From contig NC_043007.1 in the NCBI RefSeq assembly GCF_006345805.1, positions 60,822,001 through 60,886,000 on the forward strand: DNA of 64,000 bases, given 5' to 3'. This stretch comes from Octopus sinensis (lineage: Eukaryota). This document shows, in pieces, positions 1 to 13,340 of this stretch (positions are counted from its first letter, which is position 1; every line of letters begins with the position of its first letter). The notes under the pieces are model-generated. The model saw nothing but the letters and a program-made list of their open reading frames with translations, was not told the DNA's origin and ran no database searches. A program made the translations under genes and the position numbers.

Positions 1-65
1 GCATGGTACCGTAGGCTGCAGATAGTAAGCCTGCTACACATGCAAGACTCCAGAAGTTCCAACAA

Positions 66-109
<44 letters not shown>

Positions 110-921
110 TAATAATCCCTTCTACTAAAGGACAAGGCCTGAAATTTGGGAGGAGGGGTCTAGTTGATTACATCAACCCCAGTATACCACTGGCACTTAA
201 TTTATCAACCTCAAAAGGATGAAAGACAAAGTTGACTTTGACAGAATTTGAACTCAGAATGTAGCAACAGGCAAAACACCAGTAAGCATTTCATCCAGTG
301 TGCTAACAATGCTGTCAGCTTGCTGCCTTAACAACAACAACACCAACAGCAGCAGCAGCAACAGCAACAACAACAACAACAGCAGCAGCAGCAGGTCTCA
401 TGGTATCTGATCTTCATTGATTGGAAGTGTTATCATGTACATGTTTTGTCTTTAAAGATGGACTACAGCAAATATTCTGCTCAATACCATAGATTTGCTT
501 TTCAGTTGCTTCACCTTAGCCAGTTAAGTATGTCCCTTAGTGGCTGACAATATGTGCATCTCTAATCATGAGCAGGAGTAGAGGAGGAGCATCATAGTCA
601 TGTGTTGAGAGGAATTCTTTGGGGCTTAAATAATTCACTCCTGGAAACATGGGTGTTGCATTTTGTTCTTCATCCTTAAATAACCCTTATTCAGGGATAT
701 TTTGAGCAGAATGGTCTACTCAAGTTGAAACAAATTCTGGCTGGACCCCACCTGCAAGGTCATGCACTGTTTATCTTGACATGAGGTCATCATGTCATGC
801 ACATATGGCTGTGATGCATATGCTTGTGTATCCTTATCAGATGGATAGTCATGAAGGGTATATTGGGCTTTGTATATTTGTAACCCAGTGTTACTTTGAT
901 GGCATGTGCTGCTATCTCACT

Positions 922-953
<32 letters not shown>

Positions 954-974
954 ACAACAACAACAACAACAACA

Positions 975-1762
975 TGCACACTGACATTGCACATCCAGCA
1001 ATGTCAGTGTGCATGTTATTAGTGTGAGAGAGAAGTTGGGCATAAAAGACATCAGATGTGGTGCACAAGAGTGACGACTGTGTTGGTATGGTCATGTAAT
1101 GCATATGGATGAGGATAGCTATGTGAAGAAGTACTGATCTCTAAAATGTGGAGGGAACCTGTGGAAGAAGTAGACCCAGGAAGACATGGGATGAGGTGAT
1201 GAAAAATGATCTTCAAATGTTGGGCCTCATGGAGGCAATGACAAATGACTGAGACCTTTGGTGATATGCTGTGCTTTAGATGACCTGTCAAGCCAAGTGA
1301 AATTGCAGTCATGGCCAATGCCAGTGTCACTTAACTGACACTTAAAAACACCCTTTGAACATTGGGAGATATGCTGTGCTTGAGAAGACTTTTCAAGCCA
1401 AGTGAAATCGTAGTCGAGGCTGATGCTAGCGTTGCATACTTCACATATAAAAACACCCTTCAAACTTTGGGCCACACGGAGGCAGTGACAAGTGATTGAG
1501 ACCTGTGACAATATACCATGCTGAAGAAGACCTGTCAAGCCAAGTGAGATCATAGTCGTAGCTGATGCCAGTATTTCATAACTGGCACATAAAAAGCACC
1601 CACTACACTCTTGGAATGGTTGGCATTAGGAAGAGCATCCAGATATAGAAACCAAATCAGATTGGCAGCTCCCCAGCTTACCTGTTTTCAGTCAAACCAT
1701 CCAACCCATACGAGCATGGAAAATGGATGTTAAATGATGATGATGATGATGATGATGAATAA
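975..1762 (+). mobile_element. RTE LINE 3' end with reiterated C-terminal segment
   Basis: Degenerate GRPRKTWDEV coding sequence, three tandem copies of the stop/3' UTR junction, and a (GAT)n tail at ~1735-1760. Confidence 0.8.
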
Positions 1763-1798
1763 CAACAACAATTTATCAAATGAGTTGACTTCACATAC

Positions 1799-1916
1799 TT
1801 ATCAGCAACAGCAATTAATTTGTCATATTGATCCTTAAGGTTGTTATAGTCATCTGATTGGTTTTGCAATTTCTTCAATTCTTTAATTTGGCTACTCAGT
1901 TCTTGGATCTTGTCAT
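1799..1916 (-). CDS. NUMA1: NuMA-like exon 8, coiled coil (D-DKIQELSSQIKELKKLQNQSDDYNNLKDQYDKLIAVAD)
   Basis: Acceptor ttatttag, donor AA|gtatgt, 118 nt, phase 1 to 2, heptad pattern. The gene continues left of the window. Confidence 0.82.
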
Positions 1917-2354
1917 CTAAATAATCCAGAAAGTAGAATAAAACAAAGAAATAGAAATAGGTAAAGTAAAGAAGTCAGTATACAAATAAGGAGAGAATAA
2001 GTACATGTTCAAGAGGGAGTATCTACCATAGCCTAGAACTAACCAAAGCCATGTGAGTGTAATTGAGTAGAGACAAAATGTGTGGAAAGCCATTAGATTG
2101 ACTGCCTAGCATTCAAAGATCAAGTCTTGTTACAAATGATTCTATTTGAGGATTAGGTTAAAGGTATAAGTGTCTGTGGAATACTCAGTCACTAACATTA
2201 TAACTCAAGTAGTTTATTTTTACTTTATTTTTTATTAGCTTGATCTGGAGGAAAGGGTTGCATCCATGGTATTCTCAGACTCTAAAAGTGAGATAGACAG
2301 AGTTACAAGTCGATGGCAAAAGGATAAATATTGTCAGAAGCATGGCGTTTCCTG

Positions 2355-3895
2355 ATGGGTGAAATTCATCATCATCATCATTTAACGTCCATTTTCCATG
2401 CTAGCATGCGTTGGACGATTCGACTAAGGTTTGGGAAGCCAGGAGGCTACGCCAGGCTCCAGTCTGATCTGGCAGTGTTTCTACAGTTGGATGCCCTTCC
2501 TAACGCCAACCACTCCATGAGTGTAGTGGGTGCTTTTTACGTGCCACCAGCACAGGGGCCAGATGAGGCTGGCAAACGGCCACGATCGGTTGGTACTTTT
2601 TATGTGTCACCAACACGGACGCCAGTCAAGTAGCGCTGGCATCAGCTACGTTTGGACGGTGCTTTTTACGTGTCGCTGGTACAGGTATTTTAACTACAAT
2701 TTCCATTTGATTTTCATTTTGATGTTGGTGTTGACGTACTTGACTCAATAGGTCTCCTCAAGAACAGCAGGTCACTCTACGATCCAAGGTTAGCACAGCA
2801 GGCCGTCCTGTGAGCCATGAACTCACTTCATAGTTACAGCATATCTCAGAGGTCTCAGTCTTCATCATTTCCTCTGTGAAGCCCTACATGTCACTCGCAC
2901 GGGTATCACAACTGCAATATCCATTCGATTTTTATTTTGATGTTGATGTACTTGACACAATAGGTCTCCTCAAGCACAGCAGGCCGTCCTGCAAGCCATG
3001 AACTCACTTCATTTGTTGAGTCTTCGAAGTCACCGCATATCTCCAGAGGTCTCGGTCTTTCATCATAGCTTCTGTGAGGCCCAATGTACGAAGGTCATGC
3101 TTGACCACCTCATCCCATGTCTTCCTAGGTCTACCTCTACCCCGTATTCCTTTAACAGTTTGGGAGTGGTACATGACCATACCAATGCAAACGTCTCTCC
3201 TGCACGCTGCATCCAACGCTCTTGATGGTCGCTTACACTCTGTCGTGCATGCACACTGACATTACACATCCAGCGGATCATGCTAGCTTCATTTCTTTCG
3301 CGCCTACGCATGTCCTCCGCAGTCACAGCTCATGTTTCACTGCCATGAAGCATGGCAGTTCGCACACATGCATCATACAATCTACCTTTCACTCTGAGCA
3401 AGAGGCCCTTTGTCACCAGTAGGGGAAGAAGCTTTCTAAACTTTGCCCAGGCTATTCTTATTCTAGCGGTAACACTCTCTGAGCATCCACTCCCACTACT
3501 AACTTGGTCACCTAGGTAGTGGAAACTGTCAACTACTTCTAGTTTCTCCCTCAGGAGTGGAATGGAATCTGTTTTCTGAGTATCAATGGTGTCTATTGCC
3601 CCTGTGCATCTACCACACACGAAAGCTATTTTCTTGGTTAATTTTCCTTTGATGTTGCTGCACCTCTTATGCTTACACTGGGGACATCTTATGGAGTTTC
3701 TACCTACATGTTTTCTACAGATCGAGCAGGGCCACCTTTCTGAAGGGGTGTGTGGTGAGTTTGCCTTCCTACTTACTAGAACTTTGGTCTTTGCTACATT
3801 GACTCTAAGGCCTTTTGATTCTAAACCTAGTTTCCACACACAAAATTTCTTCTCTAGTTCTGGTAGTAATTCTGCTACGAGGGCTCTCAAGGGAA
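2355..3895 (-). mobile_element. RTE LINE 3' fragment (same family as 36341..38917)
   Basis: ORFs 3330..3890, 3063..3326 and 3004..3216 match the RT C-terminus, PHD region and GRGRPRKTW. A 3' UTR and (GAT)n tail lie at ~2355. Confidence 0.9.
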
Positions 3896-3949
3896 ATATA
3901 AAAATTGGCCATAGTGGTTAGTGCAATGTCCAGGATGATAGACAAAATA

Positions 3950-4760
3950 TAGGTTATGATATAAGTTATGAACAAGTGAGAAGAATAAGTTGAGAGTACC
4001 TGTATAGAAGTAGTATGAGATCAGTTAGTACCAGGGTGCAGATGTCACCATAATGGTAATTGAAAAGCCAGAGAAAGGAACAACACAACTGTGAGTCAGA
4101 GGTTGGAGTGTGTTGTTGAATCAACTCTATGTCAATCAGGTGGGTGGCTATATTTTTATGATACATGTGTAACACTAGTGCCATTCCAAATATGGAAGCA
4201 GTACTCCATTGTGGGTTTTATTTGAGCATTGAAGAGAGTTAGTAGGTGTTAGGGCCTGAAGTATTTTCTAGCACAGAAGAGGGAGACTAGCTTTGTGATG
4301 CAGTCTATGCTATGTTAAGGATGTTCATTCACCAAGAGAGATCATTAATGATCACCAGGCCTAGCATTTGTAGCTACCTCAAGTGTTCTAGTTGCATTAT
4401 GTTCATGTTTAGAGTGGATGGGAGTACAACATTGTGTCCTCGTTATATTTAGTAATTGAAACTTGTGCTATTGAAGGAGACAAAACTAGAAAATGTTTTC
4501 AAGATGTTTGTTCATAGAATCAGAGCAGATTTAGTGTAAGGTTCTAAGTTGCATGTCAATAATCTTTGGATGTGGAAGTTTAGGGAAGAATGTAGGATGA
4601 TGTCACCTGCATAGGAATAGCCATTGTTGTAGGTGAGAGCAAATAGGTTGTTGATGTACAGGAGGAAGTGTGTAGCACACCAGAGTGGATAGAGTGTGGA
4701 TCAGAGAGAGTTCTATCAGAACATGCTAAATTGAGGCACAACAACTGGAATACCATCTTA
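3950..4760 (-). mobile_element. CR1-like RT remnant
   Basis: Degenerate LFNAQIKPTMEYCFHIWNG and a DDI-like catalytic region on the minus strand. Confidence 0.55.
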
Positions 4761-6606
4761 GAAATGATTCACAAGATACACTTAATGTAAGAGAAAGTGT
4801 AAATGTACACTCATAAGGGCAGTTTCCCAATTTCCATGTCATAAAAGCAACCAAGTTCATATTTCCTCTGAATGGAGTGCCAGTCCATCCACTGCAGAGT
4901 TTAAGGCAAGAATTTTTGAGGGGGAGGTGGGCAAGTTGATTACATCAACTCTAGTATTTGACTGGTACTTCATTTCATTGACCCTGAACCAATGAGAGGC
5001 AAAGATGACTTTGGTGGAGTTTGAACTCAGTCATAAAGGGACAGAACAAATAATGCTAAGCATTTTATCCAACATGTTAATGATTTTGCCAGCTTGCCAC
5101 CTTTCTTATGCTTTCAATCTTCTTAAAATGTGTAAATGTGATGAAAAAAATATGTATTTATTGAAACAAAATTATTTTCTTAAGCTGAATGGTGTTACAT
5201 AGTTCTGAAAATTCAAATAATTTTATAGAATTAAACAAGAATCATCTTGATGAACATATATAAACATTAAATTTAAAGTATGTAGCACAGTTCCTTCAAG
5301 GTGAGTAACAGTGTTAGAGGTGGAAGGAGAAGGAATATGTTGGCAAAGAAATGGGTAGACAAAGTAACTGAGGTAGTATCAGACAAATAATTAAGTTTAG
5401 GCAAATCATAGGCAATACAAGGGCAACAGTGATGTCTGCATTTGCACTCCAATCATAATAAGAGATGAAGCTAAAGGTCTATTGAAGAATTAGACAAGAA
5501 ATTCAAAACATGGAAGCAGAGACTAGAAAAAGATGTTCTGAAGTAAACCTAGCAAAGACAAAGTTTAATTTGACAAGAAAGAAAACAGGACTTAGCTTTA
5601 GAAAGTGGCCATGCACAAAAGGAAGAGAGTAAGTAGGAAGTTCATATAGAGTACCCTACACAATGTAAACTATGGGTGCATAAGAAATATAATGAGATCA
5701 CAGGCAGGCTGTCAAAGAATAAAACATTTTACATGTAGCAGTTGTTCAGTGGCAAATAGTAAGAACACTAATGAAATGAAGTGGATAGATTCTGTTATCT
5801 GGGTGACCAAATTAGATGTGGAAGAGAGAGAGTTCCCAAAAGTGTAATAACCAGAGAAACAATGAGGTGGAAAATGTTCATGGATCTAGCATCTCTGCTG
5901 GTAACAAAGGAATTCTCTCTCTGAGGGAAGGGCAAATGGTATGATGACTGAATATGAAGTGAGGTGTTAAATGACAGCAAACATATAGGAATTGAATGCA
6001 AAAAGATGCATGAAGGCTAGAAAACGATGAAATGAGCATGGATGTGTAATGTTAGTGTGCATGAATGATAGAGCATAAGTAAGCTGAAGGAAAAAAAAAA
6101 CTTAGCATAAGAGGAATCAAGCAAGAGAGAATATGGAACCAATATAAGTATGTGTTTGAAGGACAAAAGTTGTGTGAGGAAGAGTCAAGTGATCCAAGTG
6201 GAAGGAACCTGTAGTAAAGGAAAACCAAGGAAAACAGGTGAAGTGATGAAATCTCCCTGGATTTCTACTATATCAAAAATATCTACAAGTGTTTATGTTT
6301 GACAATCAAGAGTTTCAGATGGAAAGCTTAATGAAATTTCATGTTTCTCACAATACACCTTTATATATTAAAACATCCATAAGTCAACATGGAAGCTGCT
6401 ATGTGGTTGCTCAACCTGCTAGAAATAGCAACCAGTTCTCCATCAAAATCACCAGAAAAAAGGAAGGACATATTAGACAATTTAGTCATGGATATACAAA
6501 AATACAGGAAGATAAAGTCTGTAATACCTTTAAATCATGAGTCTGTTCATCGAGAGTAACCAGGAGATAAACAACATTATATATTTGGAAACATAGGGCA
6601 TATTAC

Positions 6607-6730
6607 CTTTCAAAAGAATAGTTTTGTTCTTTTCTTCAAGATCATATTCCATTTCAGAGCGAAGATGTCGTTCAAGCTTCAAATTACAATTCAATTTCCT
6701 GAGAAGCATATTTTTCTGTTCAATTTCTTC
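6607..6730 (-). CDS. NUMA1: NuMA-like exon 7, start of coiled coil (EEIEQKNMLLRKLNCNLKLERHLRSEMEYDLEEKNKTILLK)
   Basis: Acceptor aattttag, donor G|gtaata, 124 nt, phase 0 to 1. Resembles NuMA QMRRLKKQLADERSNRDELELELAENRKLL. Confidence 0.85.
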
Positions 6731-6964
6731 CTAAAATTTGCAAAAAGTTGTACAATAAATAATTTTACAAGATTTTCTAGTGTGTTCACAAATATCAATA
6801 GAGTTAAATGTGTTGGCATACTGATCACTAAGTCAATGGTTTGTATTTTGACAACTTTACTTAGTTGTAGCTAACACAAATATTTTAACTTTCCATAAAC
6901 CAATCTGCTTTGATGCCATTTGACTGACTCTTAGTGTTCACAAACAATGTTGTATGTGTGGGGA

Positions 6965-6995
<31 letters not shown>

Positions 6996-7028
6996 GTGAG
7001 TGTGTGTGTATGTTTTGTGCCTGTGCAT

Positions 7029-9075
7029 TAGGGATACAACTTTTTTGCAACTTCATAGTCCTGTGTCATATTCTGATGACCTTTTGCTAGAAAACAATGA
7101 AAATCAATGCTTTCCTATGTTTGATCAAAAGCGTTCACCCATGACTAACTTTGAAAGTTTTATACTTGGTTGCATTTGAGTGGATTTCCAAAAACTAGAA
7201 CCCTGGTTGAATTAATAAACAAAAAAGGGAAAAAGATCCAAAATGTTTAATCCATAACTGTTAAAAGAACTGTATTCTGCATTCCAGAACAATAAAAAGA
7301 AAGTAAGTCATATAAAGTCAAATTAGTCAATAGTCTAATGATGTTTAGTTTTGATGACTCTTGTTTCCAATGATTTGTCAAGCATTTCCATTTTCATGGC
7401 AGAACCTGAAAGCACGGGTTAAGTGGAACAGAAACTTCATATCATCTCTCTAGCCAGACATGAGTTCCGTTCTGGAAAGAGCCTTGGAATTCTTCATAAC
7501 TTGTCATGAGTTCTTTGACAAAAAAAATATTCTATGTTGGGTGAATTGCTTGCACCTGCCAGCTCTTCCTCCATAACAATGCACAGGATTTTGTCCAAGA
7601 CATGGTGTTGGCAGCTCACGAATTGTGGTTAGTCATAGCCTTTGCTCAAGAACATTTTCTGCAGTCTAATCACTACCTTACTCGTTTGTCCTGTATTCAC
7701 ACTTGTTGTATCAGCAATAATCATTGAGATTGTGGCCCACAAGTGAAATTCGTTCAAAATGCTTTTCAATCCTTCTGCTATAATTTCAGCCTTGCCATCA
7801 CAGCTTCAGAGTAACAGCTTGATTTCACTTGTTTCATTCTTGATGTCAACGATTTGATATTCATTTCTGTCAAAATGCTTACTATCGATATGCAGGCTCT
7901 ATTTCTGATTGCATAGTGTATCAAACAAGTGTTTCTTCATTTCACTAGCTTTCTTGAGGAGTGCCTTGTAAATGCCTTGCAGACTAGGAGCTGGGATATC
8001 AATGCCCCACTCAGACAACTGTTTGCAGATTTTTGCAGCTTTGTTGGTGGAGACGTTTGTTTCAGTTACAAGTCTCGTACCAATCACAGATTTGTTGTGC
8101 CTTCTTGTGGAGGAATAAGTGTCATCACTATCATTATCATTTTGATCAATTCTGTCATTTTCACCATAATTGTACTCTTCAATCTCTTCTTCAGTGTCAC
8201 TGTCAGTATCCAAGACTGTTGGGTTTAATAAAGAATGGGAGGCTTCAGCATCAGAATGATGGATAGTGTGCTTGCTTGCAGCAGCTTTGCCTGTCAAATA
8301 GCCCACTTTGCCCTTGCTTTGGAGTTGGATGGAGTACAGCATTTTGTCATCAGCATTGAGCCATTCACCGTGGACCTTGGTGATATTGAACAGTTCTTCT
8401 AGTGGCTCAAATTTTCCTTTCTTAGCACATTTCTCATACAAACAAAACACATTTTCTAGCTTGGACTGCATTGCTTGCTCAGAAATGATTAGAAAATTCA
8501 GTTTATCTCTCCACAGTAGTGTCACCTCTCTTGATAACTCTGGCACTCTCTCCTTTCTGCCTTTAAGTAATTTGTCAAGAAACTGGTACCAAACCAACAA
8601 TCTGCTCCTTGAGTGGCATTCGGCTTCTGCTGGCCAGTGAGGTGGCTTCTACAGGCACATGACCTATAGATGAATGGAACTGGAACTGCACCAAATTTCT
8701 CCTCCATTTCTCCTTGTTCTTCTGAATAACTTCGAAGCTTTTCTTGAATGCAGAACTTGCACTGAAACCGAAACAACATGGATGAAAGTGAAAGAAGAAC
8801 TTAATTATTTGCTTCATGACTAAGCATGATGACTCAGCAATACAGTCTAATCACCACTGAAGTCTTATAAATGCTAAGAATTTATTGAAGGCCAAGAGTA
8901 CAACATTGCCCATATTCAAACAAGTTTTGCATAAGAATACAAACATGGATTCATGGGTGAACTTTTTTGAAGATAGCTCAAAAGTGAGTTCACTTTAGTT
9001 ACTTATGCATAAAAGCTCATCGAAATATGATATAAGAAATTTTTTTTTAAGGAAAAAAAAAAAGTTGTATCCCTA
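7029..9075 (-). mobile_element. hAT-superfamily (hATm-like) DNA transposon, degenerate
   Basis: 18-bp TIRs TAGGGATACAACTTTTTT at 7029-7046 and 9058-9075, and an 8-bp TSD ctgtgcat / gtgtgcat (1 mismatch). The broken transposase on the minus strand (ORF 7899..8600 and downstream frames) shows LHID, DTTSVNTG and CQHH motifs. Confidence 0.8.
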
Positions 9076-9946
9076 GTGTGCATGCATGTAGAGACAACCA
9101 TTGTTTTTACAATTAGCTAAAGTTATTTATACATACACACATATATGACATAGAAAGTGAGAATCAGTCATCTTATTAATCAGCCAATCAGCTGACAACT
9201 CGTAATTCATTAATGGTGTTATGGTGTGACCATGGCCCAAATATTTAACTTCCTTGTACACCAAGCTTGAAGTAGGTACCATATAGCCTATTGACTGTGT
9301 GTATACATTAAGTATGATACATTGTTGGTTATTTTAATTAAATACTGCCTCCATTGCATATACCAGATTTTAAAATTCCCAGTTGCAAAGCAGAAAATTG
9401 GGAAGATATAATTGCTGAGTATTTTGCAAACAATAATTACTTAAGTCATATCTTTCCAAGTATAAACTAGAAGATGACCTTATACAAAAATGTAAGTTTT
9501 CTGTGGTGTCCCTAAGTAGCCAAAGATTTATAAAACATCAACCAACATACATATATTGGCTTCAAATTTTGGCACAAGGCCAGCAATTTCGGAGGAGGGG
9601 GTATGTCAATTACATCAACCTCACTGCTCAACTAGTACTTATTTTATGAACTTCAAAAGGATGAAAGGCAAAGTCAACATTGGAAGAATTTGAACTTAGA
9701 ACATAAAGACATGCAATATTGCAAAGCATTTTGCCTGGCATACTAACTATTCTGCCAGCTCACCTAAATCAACATATTTATATTAACACACACATAATAT
9801 CTGGGCTCTGGTGTAACAATTAATAATGAAATAAGAGAAAAAATATTTTAAAATAGTCCTTATGATAAAAACGTTTTAAATGAATAACCACAAAAGAAGA
9901 TATTGAATAATTGAATGGAAATAATCAGATTTACTGAAAGACTTAC

Positions 9947-10059
9947 GTTTGCCATATTAATAGATGTTAAAGAAATTTTCCTCTGTGATGGTGAGATGTT
10001 AGCACTCCCAGAATTTGAGTTTGATGAAGCATCATGTAGTAACTCCTCCGAACCACAAG
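9947..10059 (-). CDS. NUMA1: NuMA-like exon 6, Ser-rich linker (S-CGSEELLHDASSNSNSGSANISPSQRKISLTSINMAN)
   Basis: Acceptor tttttag, donor AAC|gtaagt, 113 nt, phase 1 to 0. Lies within ORF 9860..10135. Confidence 0.82.
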
Positions 10060-10236
10060 CTAAAAAAGTAAAAACAATATATATATATATATATATATAC
10101 ACACAAAATTTATATATACAAAATGTATGTAACACAATTTTTAATCTTTGAATTTTTTAAATATGCTAAGCCACTGGTTTTAATTGATTAATATCAATTT
10201 CTACCCTTATTATTTAATTTTATATATATATATATA

Positions 10237-10346
10237 TATTCTACCTCACATTTGTGCTCTGAAGTGCACACACACATATGCATATATATATAAATATATA
10301 TATGCATATGTGTGTGCACTTCAGAGCACAAATGTGAGGTAGAATA
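10237..10346. repeat. Near-perfect 110-bp palindrome centred on (TA)n
   Basis: tattctacctcacatttgtgctctgaagtgcacac... and its reverse complement. The arms differ only by one CA unit. Confidence 0.95.
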
Positions 10347-13165
10347 CACAGTACATATAGGAGATATTATATATTTGTCTAAAAATGATCCTTTCCACCA
10401 CTACTCTTGAGTTTCTCTTTAATATCTGAATGAACATATACAAGTAAGAACTTCAAGTTCTGATGGAGTGAAATGTCAGAGCCAAACAAATATGCATACA
10501 TGCATATATATGGATGGATAGATGTGTGTGTGTGTGTTTGTGTGTGCATGCATGTATGTGTGTAGCTATAGGAAACTATTCCTATAGAAAATGTACCTCA
10601 ACAAATTAGACAGATATATATAGACACATATTTTATCATTATCATCATCATTTAATGTCTGTCTTCCACACTAGTGTAGGTTGAACATTTTGACAGGATT
10701 TGACAAGCCAAAGAACTGCATTCAGCTCCAATGCCTACTTTGGCATGGTTCTTATGATTTGATGTTCTTCATAATGCCAACTGCTTAAGAGAGTATACTG
10801 GGTGATTTTGACATGGCACCAGCACTTGTGAGATCACCAAGCAACTCATTAAATGAGACCCCATTAACTGAGTAGAGGTGCTGTATTAAGAGAGGTAGCT
10901 TTGTGTCAAATTTTGAGAGACTAAAGTATGATAGAGGGAGAGGAATATACAGAGATATACAGTTAGCCCAGCTGGAAAGGTAGAAAAGATGAGCGTGATG
11001 AGGTGTCAGGGCATACCTTCGAGGTACAAGAAGGTAATTATAAGAGAATAGGGACAGAGGATCAGGATTGGATGGACAGATAAGTTCAAGAGAGTGTGAA
11101 AGGATAGTAAAAGATGGTTAGAGATGGAAGTAGATGTGAATGCAGTGGATGGTGGAGGCATGGTCAATGGTGTATCTCAGTTTGCAGAGGGAAGGTGAAA
11201 GGAAGTAGGAGTGGGTCAGGAAAGAAGTGAGAAAGGATAGTAGAGAAAGGGATGGAGCACTCCTCAATTTCACTTCATCTTCATTTCAGCATCCCCTTTT
11301 CAATGCTTGCATAGGACAGATGGAATTTGTTGAGGCAGATTTCCTACAGCTGGATCCCTTCCTATCGCCAACACTAACCTGTTTCCAAGCCAAGTAAATT
11401 TCCCTTTGACCAGACATGTTTTTCACAGATGACTAGAAACAAAACGTCACTTGTATGACAGTGGTACTCATTTACAACCATTGTGTATACTCTTGCTTTG
11501 GCATCATATATATATATACATACACACATAAATATAAACACATGTACATATATAGATATATACACATGCTTCTTTCAGTTCTCATCTACCAAATCCACTC
11601 ACAGTACTTTGGTAGCTTGGGGTTATTGTAGAAGACACTTACCAAATAGTCATATATATAGCACCAGGTGGTGCTATTAAGTTAGACATGGCCTGGGCCA
11701 ATAATGGCCGAAACCTATCAAAGTATCAAAGTATGTTTCAAGAATTCTTCAGACTGTATTTTGATTTGTTAAGTGCTGATAAAAATTTTTTATATATTTA
11801 AAGTCTGCTAATATTTCACAGCATTAAACATCAATGATACATAATCAACTTATAGAATAAACTGTAAACCAACCTAATGGAGATTGTTCAGTTGCATCCT
11901 CTTGAGAACTATTTTCAGAAGAATTCTCTTGAGAACTATTTTCAGAAGAATCCTCAGAATCAAATGCTTCCACTGGAAAATTGTAAATTGACAGATTAAG
12001 ATAGAAATGATGAACTCGATACCATCAATAAATAATGTTGGTCAAGAACACAAGAAATGCTTTTATCCATATAAATTCCTTCTAAACATAAAATTACACT
12101 TGATAGGAGTTGTAGGTCAGCACTGGTCCCATAGACCTATGATCAAAGACATTCCAGCCATAATCAATTCATCAGTTTTTTTAAATATAGTGTGTCTTTT
12201 CCCACATTATTCAATATGTTATGATTTGTGGGAGATATGGTTATGATTTGAGGGACTGTTTCTACCAAGCTGATCAACTGTGTTGCTCCCATGAATATAT
12301 GAAGCTTTTCAATCTTTACTACCTGCAACAAGAACAAGATGTTCTTGTATGTTGTTAGTAGTTATACCCTCACCATTCATAGCCCTTTTCTCCCTAATAT
12401 TTTGACACAGAATAAAAGTATAACTGCTCTTCAATTTATCTCTAACACATGAAGAACAAAATCATAGGATAGTTATAGGGTCCAGAAACTTTTTCTGCTG
12501 CATGTAATTATCATCTTATTTGGAAGTTATAGATATTTATCAATTTTCCAATGAGATTATAAAGAGTAAAGGGTAAAGACCCTCTTTGGTCATGAATGAC
12601 CATGGGATGCACCTAGAAAGTTCCCTTCCAAGGCACAAGTCCAGGCAAGGTTGTTTTTATGGAAGACCAACAATTACCCATGCATACCAGCATCCCCTCT
12701 CCATGCCACCAATGTTATTCAAGGGAGAGGCAAAGGCTGATACAGCTTGGCTCCAGCGATGTGGCAACTCATTTCTACAGTTGAGTGAACTGGAGCAATG
12801 TGAAATAAAGTGTCTTGCTCAAGAACATAACACACAGTCCAGTCTGGGAATCAAACTCACTACCTCATGAGTGTGAGCCCAATGCTCTAACCACTGAGCC
12901 ATGCACCATCATATACAACCAGATTATATATCTAAAAATAAAGGAAGTTTACAACAGAGGAAAGTTAATAAACCTGCCTATTAACTTCTCTAATCTACAA
13001 ATTTTCATTATTCTTATCATAGAATCATAAAAATCCTTTCTGGGCTTATATCCATTCGACCATAGTAGAAAAGAGGACTAAATGTAGGTTAAAAAGTGAT
13101 ATGAGAGAAAATACATTTATGGATGAAATTAATCCAAAAATGAAAAGAGAATACAAATTACTCAC

Positions 13166-13340
13166 AAGATTTATTGATGAGGAGCTTATCTAACGGAAGA
13201 TCAGCTGAGGCACCATTTAAAATTCCTTTCAGGATGCTCATTATCTCTAGCTGTGACTGCTCATTCAATGAGAGTGCTGCCTTTATGAAGTCTTCTTGGT
13301 GTTCCCCTTCAAGCCCAACTCTCAACATAAGGATAGCAAT
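13166..13340 (-). CDS. NUMA1: NuMA-like exon 5 (IAILMLRVGLEGEHQEDFIKAALSLNEQSQLEIMSILKGILNGASADLPLDKLLINKS)
   Basis: Acceptor tttatttcag, donor T|gtgagt, 175 nt, phase 0 to 1. Matches the Hook-domain C-terminal helices (LAKxxxLxL ... QxExxxILKxxL). Confidence 0.88.

Noticed and set aside
40-1104. Poly-I, poly-Q and poly-L ORFs
   Set aside because: They arise from (AAT)n and (CAG/CAA)n microsatellites with no splice or coding context.
12000-12560. Possible extra NuMA-like exon after ttgttgcag (~12323)
   Set aside because: The needed phase-1 frame hits a stop immediately, and the region looks like a decayed LINE RT remnant.
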